Shown here: positions 9,197 through 21,589 of the stretch, piece by piece
How positions within the stretch are numbered: the first letter of the stretch is position 1
Layout: every line of letters starts with the position of its first letter
Origin: Candidatus Marinacidobacterales bacterium
GTDB lineage: Bacteria; Acidobacteriota; Vicinamibacteria; Marinacidobacterales; SMYC01
Assembly: GCA_965224085.1 (NCBI GenBank)
Contig: CBDCYI010000011.1
Coordinates: 1,280,001-1,344,000 of the forward strand
DNA length: 64,000 nucleotides
Direction: 5' to 3'
Made by a program: the position numbers and the translations under genes
The notes under the pieces: generated by a model
Database searches by the model: none
What the model was told of the DNA's origin: nothing
What the model saw: only the letters and a program-made list of their open reading frames with translations

Positions 9197-9856
9197 TTGG
9201 TAGCGCTCCTGACGCCGCTCGCCGCCCTCGGCACGGTCGCTCTACTTCTCGCGCTCGGCGTTCTCTTCAACGCCTCCGGCGAGACGCTCGAGCCCACCCG
9301 AGAAGAACGCGCGCTTCTGCTCGACATCTGGCACTTATCCGCATGGATGGTCGGGTATACGCCCGACCTCGCAGGCGAACGCATGACCAAGACGCGCTAT
9401 TTCGACGACTCCTATGAAATCGAATACGTCTACGATCTTCCAGACGACGAAGAGGCTCCCTATCTCACCTATTCGCTGACCTTCGAAGGCACCGAAGCCG
9501 ACGCCCGCGGCACCTACACGTCGATCTGGGGAGGCACAAACGTCGCGTTCATGATGCTCGGCGATACCGAGGTCTCAGTCGACGAAAGGAGCGAGCTGTT
9601 TCGCTGGGGCGATTTCTCCCGTTTCGGAGTTCTCACAACAGACGGCGTCCCTTTCGGCAACGTCTTTCTCGCGCGGCGGGGAAGCATGGTCGTCTACCTC
9701 CTCCTCGCCGGTGTCTATTTCGACGAAGGCGAATCCGTATCGGAGCTTCTGACGTCCTACCTCGAAAAGTTAGACAGGCTCAGCGGCGCTGAGCCTTCAC
9801 ATGCTGGGCGGTCCAGCCCGGGTAAGAATAACTACCCATTCTTGGACGGACACTAA
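9197..9856 (+). CDS. Hypothetical membrane-anchored protein, possibly 5'-truncated
   Basis: 219-aa ORF with hydrophobic N-terminus; no family recognised. Confidence 0.6.
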   Translation: MVALLTPLAALGTVALLLALGVLFNASGETLEPTREERALLLDIWHLSAWMVGYTPDLAGERMTKTRYFDDSYEIEYVYDLPDDEEAPYLTYSLTFEGTEADARGTYTSIWGGTNVAFMMLGDTEVSVDERSELFRWGDFSRFGVLTTDGVPFGNVFLARRGSMVVYLLLAGVYFDEGESVSELLTSYLEKLDRLSGAEPSHAGRSSPGKNNYPFLDGH

Positions 9857-9915
9857 GAAGAGGACGGAGCGCTAAAGACGCCGTTTTCCATGAAAGCGGG
9901 CGGCGCTCCGGACGG

Positions 9916-11523
9916 CTACTCGTCCTTGTTCCGCTGCAATACGCCTCGGAGCCGCTCCACCGCACACATGCGTGAGGCGTTCGCCAGCTTCTCGAGCGCA
10001 CGCGCGTTGCCCGGATCCATCTGGAGCGCCTCCTCGTACATTTTGCTAGCGCGCGTATCCATGCCGTCTTTCTCGTAGAGCTCGCCGAGTGTCAACATGG
10101 TGTTCGTGTCGAAATGCTCCGATTCGAGAACTTTCAGAAGATGCTCTTCTGCCCGATGGCGCCACCTCGGGCTCTTAGCGAGCGCGTATCCGAGCAGGCG
10201 ATGATATTTCGGATTCGATCCGTCGAGACGCACGGCATCCTGGAGCTCAGCAATCGCTTCATGGTAGCGCTCCTGGTCGTAATACGTTTGTCCGTTTTCG
10301 TGATGCAGGCGCGCCATCTGTTTCGCGTCGAAGCTGCGCGCGGACTTCTCGCGCTCCTTCGACGACGGTTCGTCGTTCGCGGTGGCCTGCTCTGGTCTGA
10401 CGGCGGTTCGCGGCTTTCGCATCTGTATCTTCTCGAGGCTGAAGTCGTAGCGACGCCGTTCGGCATCGCTCGAGAGCACCTCGTAGGCCGCCTTGGTGGC
10501 CAGATAAAGGTCATCGAGCACGCCGTCCTCGTCCCGAATCTTGAGACTCGCACGATGCTCGGGGTGTAGCTTTTGGGCGAATTTGAAATAGCCGGCTTTG
10601 ACCTCGTCGCTCGAGGCGTTCGGAGCGATTTCGAGCAACTCGTAATACGTGACTTCGTGCGCGGTGGCATGTTTCGCGTGCATCTCGTCACAAAAACGCT
10701 TGGCTTCCGGCGAAAGCTCGGGCTCGACATCCTTTTTGACTGTCTCGAGCCGTGGAGGTTCGGGCGGCGGCTTGGGTGGGCGGATCACGTCCGGCCGCGT
10801 CTCGACGAGCAGCCGGGGGGTGCTTTCGACCACCAAAACGCCGGCTACGACCAGCGCGCAAATCAAGCGCAGTGTGTCGTTCTCACCCATTGGAGAGAGC
10901 TGTAAGATCTCCAAAGCCGTGGCTGCGCCATCCACCCGCGACAGCAAGAACCCTTCTTCAGGGGTCAACCGCAGATTGGCATCCATCCACGACGATTCTT
11001 TCGCGAAGCGAAGCGTGCCGTTGAGATCTCCGATGCCGGCGCGGATGGAATCTTCGTCTTCGAGCGCGCGCAGGGCATCGAGGACGACGTTCTCGACCGA
11101 TATGTCCGCCCGCTGGAGGTCTTCGTCCACCGGACTCTCGTTCAGCTCGGTACGGAAGGAGCCCGACTCCCAAGAGATCACCGATCGGATGATGGTCTCG
11201 ACCTGCTTTTTGATGTGGCCGTCGAGCTCGTCGTCTGAAATATATCCCAAATCGACGAGGGTTCTTCCGAGGCGAAGCTCTGATGCTTCGCGCACTTTGC
11301 ACGCGAGGTCGAGCTCCTTCCGTTTGAGCTTCCCCGACCGCACGATGAGCTCCCCAAGCCGGTCCTCGCCCAGGTCCGAGTCTGCATAGACGACACGACC
11401 GTCTTTGAAGTACACGCGCTTCGTCGCGCCATCGCGGGCGAGATGCACGATTCCGGAGCGGCGAGATGCGCGAAAGCCATCGAGGACTTCCGTCAGCTGG
11501 AGCGGCTGTAATGTGCCCTCCAT
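9916..11523 (-). CDS. DUF4388 + J-domain + TPR protein
   Basis: N-terminal DUF4388/GSPII-N-like region, J domain (YYELLEI..KLHPE..AYEVLS..RRRYD), C-terminal TPRs. Confidence 0.85.
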   Translation of the reverse strand: MEGTLQPLQLTEVLDGFRASRRSGIVHLARDGATKRVYFKDGRVVYADSDLGEDRLGELIVRSGKLKRKELDLACKVREASELRLGRTLVDLGYISDDELDGHIKKQVETIIRSVISWESGSFRTELNESPVDEDLQRADISVENVVLDALRALEDEDSIRAGIGDLNGTLRFAKESSWMDANLRLTPEEGFLLSRVDGAATALEILQLSPMGENDTLRLICALVVAGVLVVESTPRLLVETRPDVIRPPKPPPEPPRLETVKKDVEPELSPEAKRFCDEMHAKHATAHEVTYYELLEIAPNASSDEVKAGYFKFAQKLHPEHRASLKIRDEDGVLDDLYLATKAAYEVLSSDAERRRYDFSLEKIQMRKPRTAVRPEQATANDEPSSKEREKSARSFDAKQMARLHHENGQTYYDQERYHEAIAELQDAVRLDGSNPKYHRLLGYALAKSPRWRHRAEEHLLKVLESEHFDTNTMLTLGELYEKDGMDTRASKMYEEALQMDPGNARALEKLANASRMCAVERLRGVLQRNKDE

Positions 11524-11688
11524 CGCGAGACTCCTTTCAACCGGCGTCTGCCCAACATTCGCCACCGGACCGAGAGGCGGCTCCAGAGGTGCAAGGCGAC
11601 GATTGTCCCGCAATTACGGGGTCCGCGTCAAGCCGCCGACGATCCCAAACCGGTCACAAAAATGCTCCACGAGAAAGGGGCTCTGGGG

Positions 11689-11790
11689 ATGTCACGTTCA
11701 AAGCGACTTGCGACCTTGTCCTCTCCGTCTGACGAGATGCACGAAGCCTTCGACGCCGCGGTCAAACGCGTCCGCGCCGTTTGCAGGAGT
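11689..11790 (+). pseudogene. Possible N-terminal remnant of an aldehyde dehydrogenase
   Basis: ATLSSPSDEMHEAFDAAVKRVRA resembles the N-terminus of a P5C-DH-like ALDH subgroup; nothing recognisable follows. Confidence 0.3.
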
Positions 11791-11839
11791 GAATGGTGGA
11801 CGCCGCCTCGAGAAATGGGCGGGGCGGCGTCCATCCTTT

Positions 11840-12040
11840 CTACGCATTCTCTTTTAGGAACGCGGCGAGAGCATTCAAACGCTCGTCCCAGTAAGCTTTC
11901 AATTTCGTCGCCTCCGCCTTCGTCGCGAGCTTCTGGTGCTGCACCGCGACATGACTCTTCGACAGAGCCTTGGCCGTGAAATAGACGTTGACCGCCGTTG
12001 CATCCCCCCAGGTCATGCGGATGGAGTTCGCGTACCCGAA
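11840..12040 (-). pseudogene. C-terminal remnant of an SRPBCC-like conserved protein
   Basis: SIRMTWGDATAVNVYFTAK..KSHVAVQHQKL..KAYWDERLNAL is protein-like but has no credible N-terminus. Confidence 0.5.
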
Positions 12041-12101
12041 ACGTAGCACTCGAATCCTTTGGTAGCCTCGTGAGAGTGCAGTATCCTTCCTCGAGGAAGT
12101 C

Positions 12102-12956
12102 GTGACCATGAAAGCGTCGCCAAAACTCACTCTTGGGCTTCTCGTTCTTGTGACGTCGCTATGGCCCTCCTATGCTTCCGGAGCCAAGCTGCGCGGAGAC
12201 ACGCGCGAGGCCTGGGAGAGCTATCGCGGCCTCACCGAAAAGCGCATCGAGAAGGAGCTCGGCGCGAGCGACGGCTTTCTTATTCACGATTACATGAGCG
12301 CGGGTGATGCTGCGGCCGTACGACAAGCGCTCGCCTCCGGCCAGATCTTCATCAAGAAGTTGAAGACCTTGAACGAGGAAGGCGGCGAGGTCCGGATCCC
12401 TAAAGGAATCATCCATCATTGGTACGGCAGCGTGCTCGTTCCGGGCGCGAGCCTCGATGACGTGCTCGCCTGGGTACAAGATTACGACAACCATGCGGAC
12501 TACTTCGATGAAGTCGAAGAATCGAACTTGGTATCGCGAACCGGCGAGGTGTTCGACGTCTTTTTGAGATTGCGCCGGAAAAAAGTCATCACGGTGCACT
12601 ACAACACCGAGCATCAAGTGACCTACGAGCGCCGCTCCCCCGACGAGGCCGTAAGCCGGAGCGCGTCGACGCGTATCGCCGAGATCAACCATCCAGGAAC
12701 CGACCGCGAGCGCGAGAAGCCGGTAGAGAACGATCGCGGATTTCTGTGGCGGTTGAACTCCTATTGGCGATTCCGACACACACCCGAAGGCGTCATCGTC
12801 GAGTGCGAGTCCATCGGGTTGAGCCGGACGATCCCCGTCGCGTTCCGCTGGGTCGTGCAGCCGTTCATCACGTCGGTGCCGCGCGACTCCCTTTTGGCCA
12901 CGCTCGAGCCGCTGCGAGACGCTTTCCGCGGAAGTCGGCGCCAATCCGCTTTTTGA
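12102..12956 (+). CDS. Secreted conserved hypothetical protein (START/SRPBCC-like, inferred)
   Basis: Signal peptide; IHHWYG, QDYDNH, GFLWRLNSYWRF, VECESIGLSR motifs. Confidence 0.75.
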   Translation: MTMKASPKLTLGLLVLVTSLWPSYASGAKLRGDTREAWESYRGLTEKRIEKELGASDGFLIHDYMSAGDAAAVRQALASGQIFIKKLKTLNEEGGEVRIPKGIIHHWYGSVLVPGASLDDVLAWVQDYDNHADYFDEVEESNLVSRTGEVFDVFLRLRRKKVITVHYNTEHQVTYERRSPDEAVSRSASTRIAEINHPGTDREREKPVENDRGFLWRLNSYWRFRHTPEGVIVECESIGLSRTIPVAFRWVVQPFITSVPRDSLLATLEPLRDAFRGSRRQSAF

Positions 12957-13001
12957 TCTCGTAGCCCATCACTTCAGTCGTGAGAGTATCCTGGATGCTG
13001 A

Positions 13002-14030
13002 ATGATGATCGCAACCGAAGTCGTCTCGAGGATCCCGGCCATCGATCGCACCCGGGTCGGCGACACCGTCGGCAAGACCCACGGCGATCTGCTCGAGCTC
13101 GTGCCTGAAATCCATCAACTCGAACTGGACAACGCATTCGCCGAAGCTTCAGAAGACGCGAAGAAAGAACCTTTCGTGCTGTGTTGGAACGGTGAGCGGG
13201 GGCGTTTCGTGCTAGAGGAGACACCGCTCCCCTTCGCAGACATCTACCTCCTGAACGAGATGGACGCGGGCATGGCGCGCACGAACAACGCGCATACCGT
13301 ACGTCGCTTGGCCGAGCGCCTGGATTTCAACTATCTATATGCCGTCGAGTTTCTGGAGCTGACCAAAGGAGAGCCCGCCGAGCGCCAATCCCCGGGAGAG
13401 AACACGCTCGGCTTTCATGGCAACGCCATCCTCACGCGCTACGTCATCCACGAGCCTCGGATGTTGCGCCTCGAAGGCGGCTCGCAGTGGCTCGACGACG
13501 ATCAAAAACGCATCGGCACACGCATGGCGCTCGCTTGCCTCGTCGATACCGAGAGAGGACCGATACGGATCGTCTGCACGCATCTCGAATCCGAATCTCC
13601 CCCAGCGCTGCGAGCACAACAGATGCAGCAAATCTTGGAGTTTTTGGCAATCGACGGAAGCGATGTCCCGACGATCGTCGGCGGAGACTGGAACACGTGG
13701 AGTTTCGATAAGCGCGATGAGCAGGAAAAAGGGCGCCTCGCACGGGATCCGGAGAGCCCGGGGAGACTTCTTCGCCCGATGCCTTGGGAGCCTCTTTTCC
13801 AAGCCCTCACGTCTCACGGCTATACCTACGAATCCGCCAATGACTTGACGCGCGGGACCTATCCCGTGGCGGGCTTTCCTATCGAAGCGCGCCTCGATTG
13901 GCTCGCGGCAAAGGGAATGGGCGCCAAGGACCCTGTCGTGATCCCGGCCGCTAAGTCGCCTCGGCAGAATCGCCCTTTGTCCGACCATCACGCCATCGGT
14001 GCGCGCTTCGTGGTGGATGGCTCGGACTAG
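13002..14030 (+). CDS. Endonuclease/exonuclease/phosphatase family protein
   Basis: WNGERG, LLNEMD, GNAILTR, THLES, GGDWN, LDW, SDH motifs. Confidence 0.9.
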   Translation: MMIATEVVSRIPAIDRTRVGDTVGKTHGDLLELVPEIHQLELDNAFAEASEDAKKEPFVLCWNGERGRFVLEETPLPFADIYLLNEMDAGMARTNNAHTVRRLAERLDFNYLYAVEFLELTKGEPAERQSPGENTLGFHGNAILTRYVIHEPRMLRLEGGSQWLDDDQKRIGTRMALACLVDTERGPIRIVCTHLESESPPALRAQQMQQILEFLAIDGSDVPTIVGGDWNTWSFDKRDEQEKGRLARDPESPGRLLRPMPWEPLFQALTSHGYTYESANDLTRGTYPVAGFPIEARLDWLAAKGMGAKDPVVIPAAKSPRQNRPLSDHHAIGARFVVDGSD

Positions 14031-14096
14031 CTCGTGCTGCCACGGTAGCTACGCGGTTGTGGATGCCCGCTCGCGCCAGGAAAAAATGGAATCTTC

Positions 14097-14125
14097 TTGC
14101 ATACCAGACAAATGTCTGGTATGGT
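14097..14125 (+). promoter_or_regulatory. lexA promoter overlapped by an inverted-repeat operator
   Basis: TTGCAT (14097-14102), N17, TATGGT (14120-14125); CATACCAGACA-AA-TGTCTGGTATG at 14100-14123; ATG at 14133. Confidence 0.7.
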
Positions 14126-14132
14126 TCCTAGC

Positions 14133-14455
14133 ATGCCGGAAACGCCCCCTGGTGAGACGCGCGAGCGGGTCTACTGCTACGTTCGGGAGCGTCTTTTCGA
14201 AGGGCGAGCGCCTACGATCCGCGAGGTCCAGCATGCGTTCTCGTTTCGGGCGGTCGAGACGGCGCGCGGGCATCTCGAAGCGCTCGTCCAGGAAGGTCGC
14301 CTCGCCAAAAAAAGCGGCCAGGCACGTGGGTTCGCGCTGCCGGAGCTCGAGGGGTTAGCTATCCCCAGGCTCGTGCCCATTCTCGGGCGCGTGCAAGCGG
14401 GTGCATCGAGCACCGCGGTCCAGGATCTCGACGGTTACCTTCACTTTGAAGCAAA
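14133..14455 (+). pseudogene. lexA: LexA repressor, truncated (DNA-binding domain and AG site only)
   Basis: PTIREVQHAFSF..GHLEAL..G, ARG, VPILGRVQAG; the Ser/Lys peptidase domain is absent and the sequence switches into imuA. Confidence 0.85.
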
Positions 14456-14907
14456 GCACCTTCTTCCCTCCCGACGCGGCGGCGTCCGGCATTTCGCTCG
14501 CACATCTCGCGGTCGTGCGGGTGAACAATGCGCGCTCAGCGACACGGGCGACGGTCGAGCTCACGCGTTCGAACGGTTTCGACCTCGTCGTGCTCGATCT
14601 CGGATCTTACGCCATTCGAGAAAAACTCGTGCGCCGCGACAAACGTCGAAGTGGCCGAAATTACCTTTCGACGCCGCTTCTCACCAAACTCGTCGGCTTG
14701 GCTCGCAAGAACGCGACCGCCGCCGTCGTGCTCACTGAGAAAACCGATCGGATGAGCTCGGTCAGCTCTCTCATTTCACTGCGTGCTGAAGCCCGGCGCG
14801 GCAAAGACGCACCACACGCTGTCGAGGTGGAGGTCTTGAAGGACAAGCGCCGGGGGCCGGGCCGTCTCCACCGCGAGGTCTGTCATGTCCCGGCTGGCTT
14901 GCGTTGA
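14440..14907 (+). pseudogene. imuA: RecA-like ImuA, N-terminally truncated
   Basis: STFFPPDAAASGISLAHLAVVR, GFDLVVLDLG, LKDKRRGPG; Walker A half missing; lies between lexA and imuB. Confidence 0.75.
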
Positions 14908-16135
14908 CATCCCTGCCTTCCCTCTTCAGCTCCTCTTGAAGGAGCATCCCGATTGGCGCAACTTTGCCGGCTGTCGTCGTCGCCGAAGAAAAACCGCAAG
15001 CGTTCATCTTGTGGGTGAACGACAAGGCGAGACGGCTCGGCATCCGTCCCGGACATCGTTACGCGGCGGGGCTCGCGCTGTCGCGAGAGCTGCGGGCGGG
15101 TGCCATCGGAGAAACTCTCATAGACAAAGAAGTCGAAGCCATCACACAGCAACCTTCGTCACTTCACACCCGACGTCGAGCCTGCGGATGCGACATGGCA
15201 CTCCCCTGGCCTTTTTTTGGCTGAACGCTTCGGGGCTCGGACATTTGTTTCCTTCGCTCGAAAGCTGGGGCGAGAATATCCGCGCCGCACTCGACAAGAT
15301 AGGCTTTTATACTTCCGTCGCCATCGGCTTCTCGCGTTTCGGAACCTACGCCGTTGCGCGGGCCTTACGCGGGCTCTGTGTTTTCGAAAGCACGCGAGAC
15401 GAAGACCGCGCAGCGCAGCGCGTGCCGTTGTCGCGGCTCGACATTCCACCTGACGCGCAAGAGTCTTTTATCAAGCTCCACATCCGGACGGTCGCGGATT
15501 TTCTGTGTTTGCCTCCCAAAGGGCTCTTGAAACGATTTGGCCCCGAAGTCGAAGCATTCCAACGTCTCGCCGCGGGCGATCTTTTCGCACCGCTCACGCC
15601 CGAGCCTCCGAAAGAGCCACTGACAAAAACGATGGAGCTGCCCGGCCCAGTGGCCGATAGTGAGCGGCTTCTGTTCTTCGTCAAACAGCTCCTCGACACG
15701 CTTCTTCAGGATCTCGAGGCCAAGAGCCTCGCACTCACGAAGCTTTTTCTCCGGCTCGAGCTCGACGATCACCGCTCGCTCGAAGAAGTGCTGCGCCCCG
15801 ATGCGCCCACGCTCGCGAGCCCACTTCTGCTCGGGCTCGTGCGCTTGCGGCTCGAGACATTGCGCCTCGACGCCGGCGCGGTCGAGCTTTTCCTTCGCGC
15901 CGAAGCGGTACGCAAAACGGTGGAGCAGCTTTTGCTCGCTCGAGAGAAGCCGAAGCGCGAACCGAGAAAACAGAGCCGCGCTTTCGCGAGACTCCGGGCC
16001 GAGTTCGGAGACGAAGCGGTCGTGCAAGCGGAGCTATTGAAAGGCCACCTCCCGAGCGCGCGTTTTCAATGGACGCCTCTCGAGAGCCTCCCAACACTTA
16101 GTCCGCTAATAAACCCGCCGCCTCTGGCGGCGTGA
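14885..16135 (+). pseudogene. imuB: Y-family polymerase-like ImuB with two compensating frameshifts
   Basis: ACVDIPAFPLQ start; continues in the 14964 frame (WVNDKARRLGIRPG), then returns (ARLRAEFGDEAV); C-terminus truncated. Confidence 0.8.
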
Positions 16136-16169
16136 CCCGAAGAGCTTCGAGCGATCCGGCGTGTGCTAG

Positions 16170-18298
<2,129 letters not shown>

Positions 18299-18310
18299 AT
18301 CTGCTACCAG

Positions 18311-18763
18311 CTACCTGCTTGTCACTTTTCGAGGGAGCTGATATCGAGCGAAGCGTCTTCGATCGCGATGCGGGTCACTTCCGTACCCGGTCGGCACTCT
18401 GAACGAGAAGTTGCAAGTACAAGTCTCTTGCGAGCCCGCGTCGCGAAACGACTGCGCCGTCTTGTACTCGTTTCCGGCGTCATCGAAAAGCAACGGTTTG
18501 GGAACGTCCCGGCCCTCGAACGCGGGAAGAACTTTCACGCCGATCTGGATCGTCGCGAACTCATTGTCCTCTACCGGTCGAATAACGCCTCTGACGATAT
18601 TTTCCCCTGGGGGACAATCTTGAAGGCTCACCCTCTTGGACCGCGAAACACTTTTCGCAGTCAGCTCCAGTCCGCTATATGTGGCCGTGTCATCGGCACC
18701 CGCCTGCAACACGACACCGCCGAGCGCGACGACGAACCCGAGACGAGAGATACGAATCCTCAT
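18311..18763 (-). CDS. Secreted hypothetical protein
   Basis: Signal peptide, AGGAG RBS; C-terminus may be frameshifted. Confidence 0.55.
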   Translation of the reverse strand: MRIRISRLGFVVALGGVVLQAGADDTATYSGLELTAKSVSRSKRVSLQDCPPGENIVRGVIRPVEDNEFATIQIGVKVLPAFEGRDVPKPLLFDDAGNEYKTAQSFRDAGSQETCTCNFSFRVPTGYGSDPHRDRRRFARYQLPRKVTSR

Positions 18764-18819
18764 GAGGCGACACTCCTAACGCTCGGGTAGCGACGCACGC
18801 CGCTACCCGACAAAGATGT

Positions 18820-19632
18820 TTATAGTCGCCGATCCGGCCAAATCAACGTGCGCCACATGTGGGTCGTTGGCGAGTTGTCCCAACCGAGCCCTTCCTCGGG
18901 CTGCTTGAAGTGGCGAGCGATGACCTCGCGGAACGGGTCGATCGACACCTTGGCGTTCCGGTCGAACGAATAGAGATCGTTCACCGTCACGAGCCTCGGA
19001 TACTCGTACCATTTGTGATTCTTGACCCACTTGTGCGTCTCCTGCAGATACGGCTCCGGCACGTAGTCTTCGCCAAACGACCGGAAATAACTTTCCGGAT
19101 ACTCGTAGCCGTATTCCGCGTCCGGAAAAAACCGCAAGCACTGGTGGTAGCGGATCGCGAACGCCGTTTTTTCCGGGACGTAGGGCTCGACGAGTTGCGC
19201 ACCCCACCACCCGTGATCCGGACGGATCAAATTGAGGACTACGTCGTGCAGCAAGCAGGCCAGGATGATCTCTTCGGACATCCCGGTGGTGAGCGCGCGG
19301 TTCGCGCTCTGCAATACGTGGTTCGCCGGCGCGAACCGATACTCGAAGAAGTCCTCGAGCGTCGGTTTTTCCGGCATGGGCTCGAGTTTCCTCAGCCTGC
19401 CGTCACGCCCCTGCCTAAAGAGGAACCCGGCCCCGTTGCGAGCCGGACGAGTGAGGTCCTCGTTCCTCGCCGCGAGATCGGCCACCGTCGGATATTCGGG
19501 CTCGTCCGCGGCCGCATTCAGCTGCTCCTCCATATAGTGCTCGAGAGCATCGGCCTTCTGATCCGGGGTCATCAGTGCAACGGCTGCCGCCCCACCAAGA
19601 CTGTGAAATAGAGCGCGACGATCGATTTCCAT
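18820..19632 (-). CDS. HD-domain phosphohydrolase with Tat-like leader
   Basis: NHVLQSA, CLLHD, DHGWWGAQL, RYHQ, NDLYSFD; DRRALF N-terminus. Confidence 0.85.
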   Translation of the reverse strand: MEIDRRALFHSLGGAAAVALMTPDQKADALEHYMEEQLNAAADEPEYPTVADLAARNEDLTRPARNGAGFLFRQGRDGRLRKLEPMPEKPTLEDFFEYRFAPANHVLQSANRALTTGMSEEIILACLLHDVVLNLIRPDHGWWGAQLVEPYVPEKTAFAIRYHQCLRFFPDAEYGYEYPESYFRSFGEDYVPEPYLQETHKWVKNHKWYEYPRLVTVNDLYSFDRNAKVSIDPFREVIARHFKQPEEGLGWDNSPTTHMWRTLIWPDRRL

Positions 19633-19688
19633 GAGCTATCCTCTCATCCGCAGCCGGTACCCTCGATGGTCGCACCAGCTACCAAGCT

Positions 19689-19880
19689 ATGAGACCACCG
19701 ATGATCATCCCCGAGCGCGACCTGGCCGGCGCCACGCCGGAGAGATTGGCCCGCGCGTTGCTGAGTCCCTTACGACCTCGCCATCGAACTGAGCCCGTTC
19801 TTGGCGACGAGGTCACGGTAGAGAAGTCGGTGTCCGACAAGCCGAGCGACGGTGTCGAGCATTTGGTCGAGAGTTCCTAG
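19689..19880 (+). CDS. Small ORF overlapping the transposase 3' end
   Basis: MRPPMIIPERDLAGATPERLARALL; function unknown. Confidence 0.4.
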   Translation: MRPPMIIPERDLAGATPERLARALLSPLRPRHRTEPVLGDEVTVEKSVSDKPSDGVEHLVESS

Positions 19881-20749
19881 GTCGCGGATGTTGTGCTTCT
19901 CAGCGAACTCATTAACGTAGCGTTGTAAGTGCTTGGGGCTCATCTTGTGGAACGTCCCCTTGTGCGCCCGCTTGAGCATCGACCAGAAGCTCTCAATCCC
20001 GTTGGTGTGCGCCATTCCGTTGACGTACTCTTTGACGCTGTGCTTCACCGTCTCGTGATTGGGTAGACCGACATAGCCTCTGTGGTCGTCGGTGTAGAGC
20101 TTCGCGCTAGGATCGACATTCTTCGCGACGAAGCCTTGGAGCGTCGGTTGGTCGGTGTTGCCGATGACCTCGGCGCTGACACGGTTCGTCCGGCGGTCCT
20201 TCGCGCGATGACGGCCGTCTTCCCTGCGGATCCTCGGCCCTTAATAGCCTGCTCGCGCTTGTGGGCGTGCTGCATGTTGCGAGCCTTCCCGCCGAAGAAG
20301 GTTTCGTCTACCTCGACAGGCCCGGCGAACGATTTGCCGTTAGGACCGCTCCACGCTTCTCGAATCCGATGGAGCATGAACCAAGCCGCGGCCTGTGAGA
20401 CGCCGATGTCTCGGTGGAGCTTCATGCTCGAGACGCCTTTGAGACTAGTCAAGCAGAGGTAGATGGCGATAACCCATTTGCGGAGCGCGATCTTAGAATG
20501 GGCAATAGGGGTGCCCGTGCGAACGCTGAAGTAGCTCCGGCAGGTGGAGCACCAGTAGGGCATCGGCTTTTCGTTCGGGACTTCGCTGGTGCTGAGGCTA
20601 CCGCAATGTCCGCAGCACCGAGTGCCATGCCAGATTGCAGCCTCGAACCATTTGGTTGCCGCTTCATCGGTCGGGAACATGTCCATGAGCTGAACAACGG
20701 TTATGCCTTCCCGGTGCCCTCGCCCTGGGGAGTTGTATCGCGTCATCAT
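19770..20749 (-). pseudogene. IS1595-family DDE transposase, frameshifted near 20205
   Basis: Zn ribbon CGHC..CSTC, VEVDETFFGG, YTDD, HTNGIESFWS, HLQRYVNEF; split over two frames by an apparent 1-nt loss. Confidence 0.92.
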
Positions 20750-20755
20750 GATCGT

Positions 20756-20784
20756 AGAATACACGATCACGGGCGCCTTGTCAA
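20756..20784 (-). promoter_or_regulatory. Transposase promoter, leaderless type
   Basis: TTGACA (20784-20779), N17, TATTCT (20761-20756), 6 nt, ATG 20749. Confidence 0.7.
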
Positions 20785-20804
20785 GCGTTTCTTATAGTTC
20801 CCCT

Positions 20805-21576
20805 TCGTTGGGCCGAGGACAAGCTTGGTGTCCCCGTCATCGACCACTGGTGGCAAACCGAGTCGGGCTGGCCGATGGTGGCAAACTGTCTCGGCATGGG
20901 CCCCCATTCCGTCAAGGCGGGCTCACCAACGAAACCGGTGCCCGGGTACGACGTGCGCGTTCTCGATGACGGCGGACGCGCGCTCAGCGATGGCGAGATG
21001 GGGAATCTCGTCGTCAAGCTACCCCTCCCACCCGGATGCCTACCAACCCTGTGGAACCATGACGCGGCGTTTCAAGAGAAGTACACGGATCCCTTTCCCG
21101 GCTACTACCTCACCGCCGATGCCGGCTACCGGGACGAAGACGGCTATTGGTGGATCATGAGTCGCACCGACGACGTTATCAACGTCGCGGGGCACCGCTT
21201 GTCAACGGGACAAATCGAGGAAGTGCTCGCCTCCCACGAGGACGTCGCGGAATGCGCGGTGCTCGGGGTCGCGGACGATCTGAAGGGCCAGCTCCCTTTG
21301 GGCATCGTCGTGCTCAAAGCAGGCGTCTCCCGGAGTGAAGAGGCCATCGTACCCGAGCTCGTCGCCCTCGTCCGCAACGCCATCGGCCCGGTCGCCGCGT
21401 TCAAACAGGCCGCGGTCGTCGCGAGACTTCCCAAAACGCGATCGGGAAAAGTGCTCCGGGGCACCGTGCAAAAAATGGCGGATGGCGACGACTACAAGAT
21501 GCCCGCGACGATCGACGACCCAAAAATCCTAGACGAGATCCGGCAGGATCTCGACAGGCTCGGCTACCCGAAATAG
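20805..21576 (+). pseudogene. prpE: Propionyl-CoA synthetase-like, C-terminal part only
   Basis: WAEDKLGVPVIDHWWQTESGW, YYLTADAG, SRTDDVINVAGHRLSTG, LPKTRSGK; begins right at the IS end, N-terminal half absent. Confidence 0.85.
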
Positions 21577-21589
21577 CTTGGTTTTTGCA

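Larger units (their letters stand above)
19689..20803 (-). mobile_element. IS1595-family element, one end missing, with a small convergent ORF
   Basis: Transposase plus a putative terminal sequence GGGGAACTATAAGAAACG (minus, about 20803-20786); no matching inverted copy seen near 19640-19700. Confidence 0.75.

Noticed and set aside
20195-20215. Programmed frameshift in the IS1595 transposase
   Set aside because: No slippery run; IS1595 transposases are normally one ORF, and a 1-nt loss explains it.
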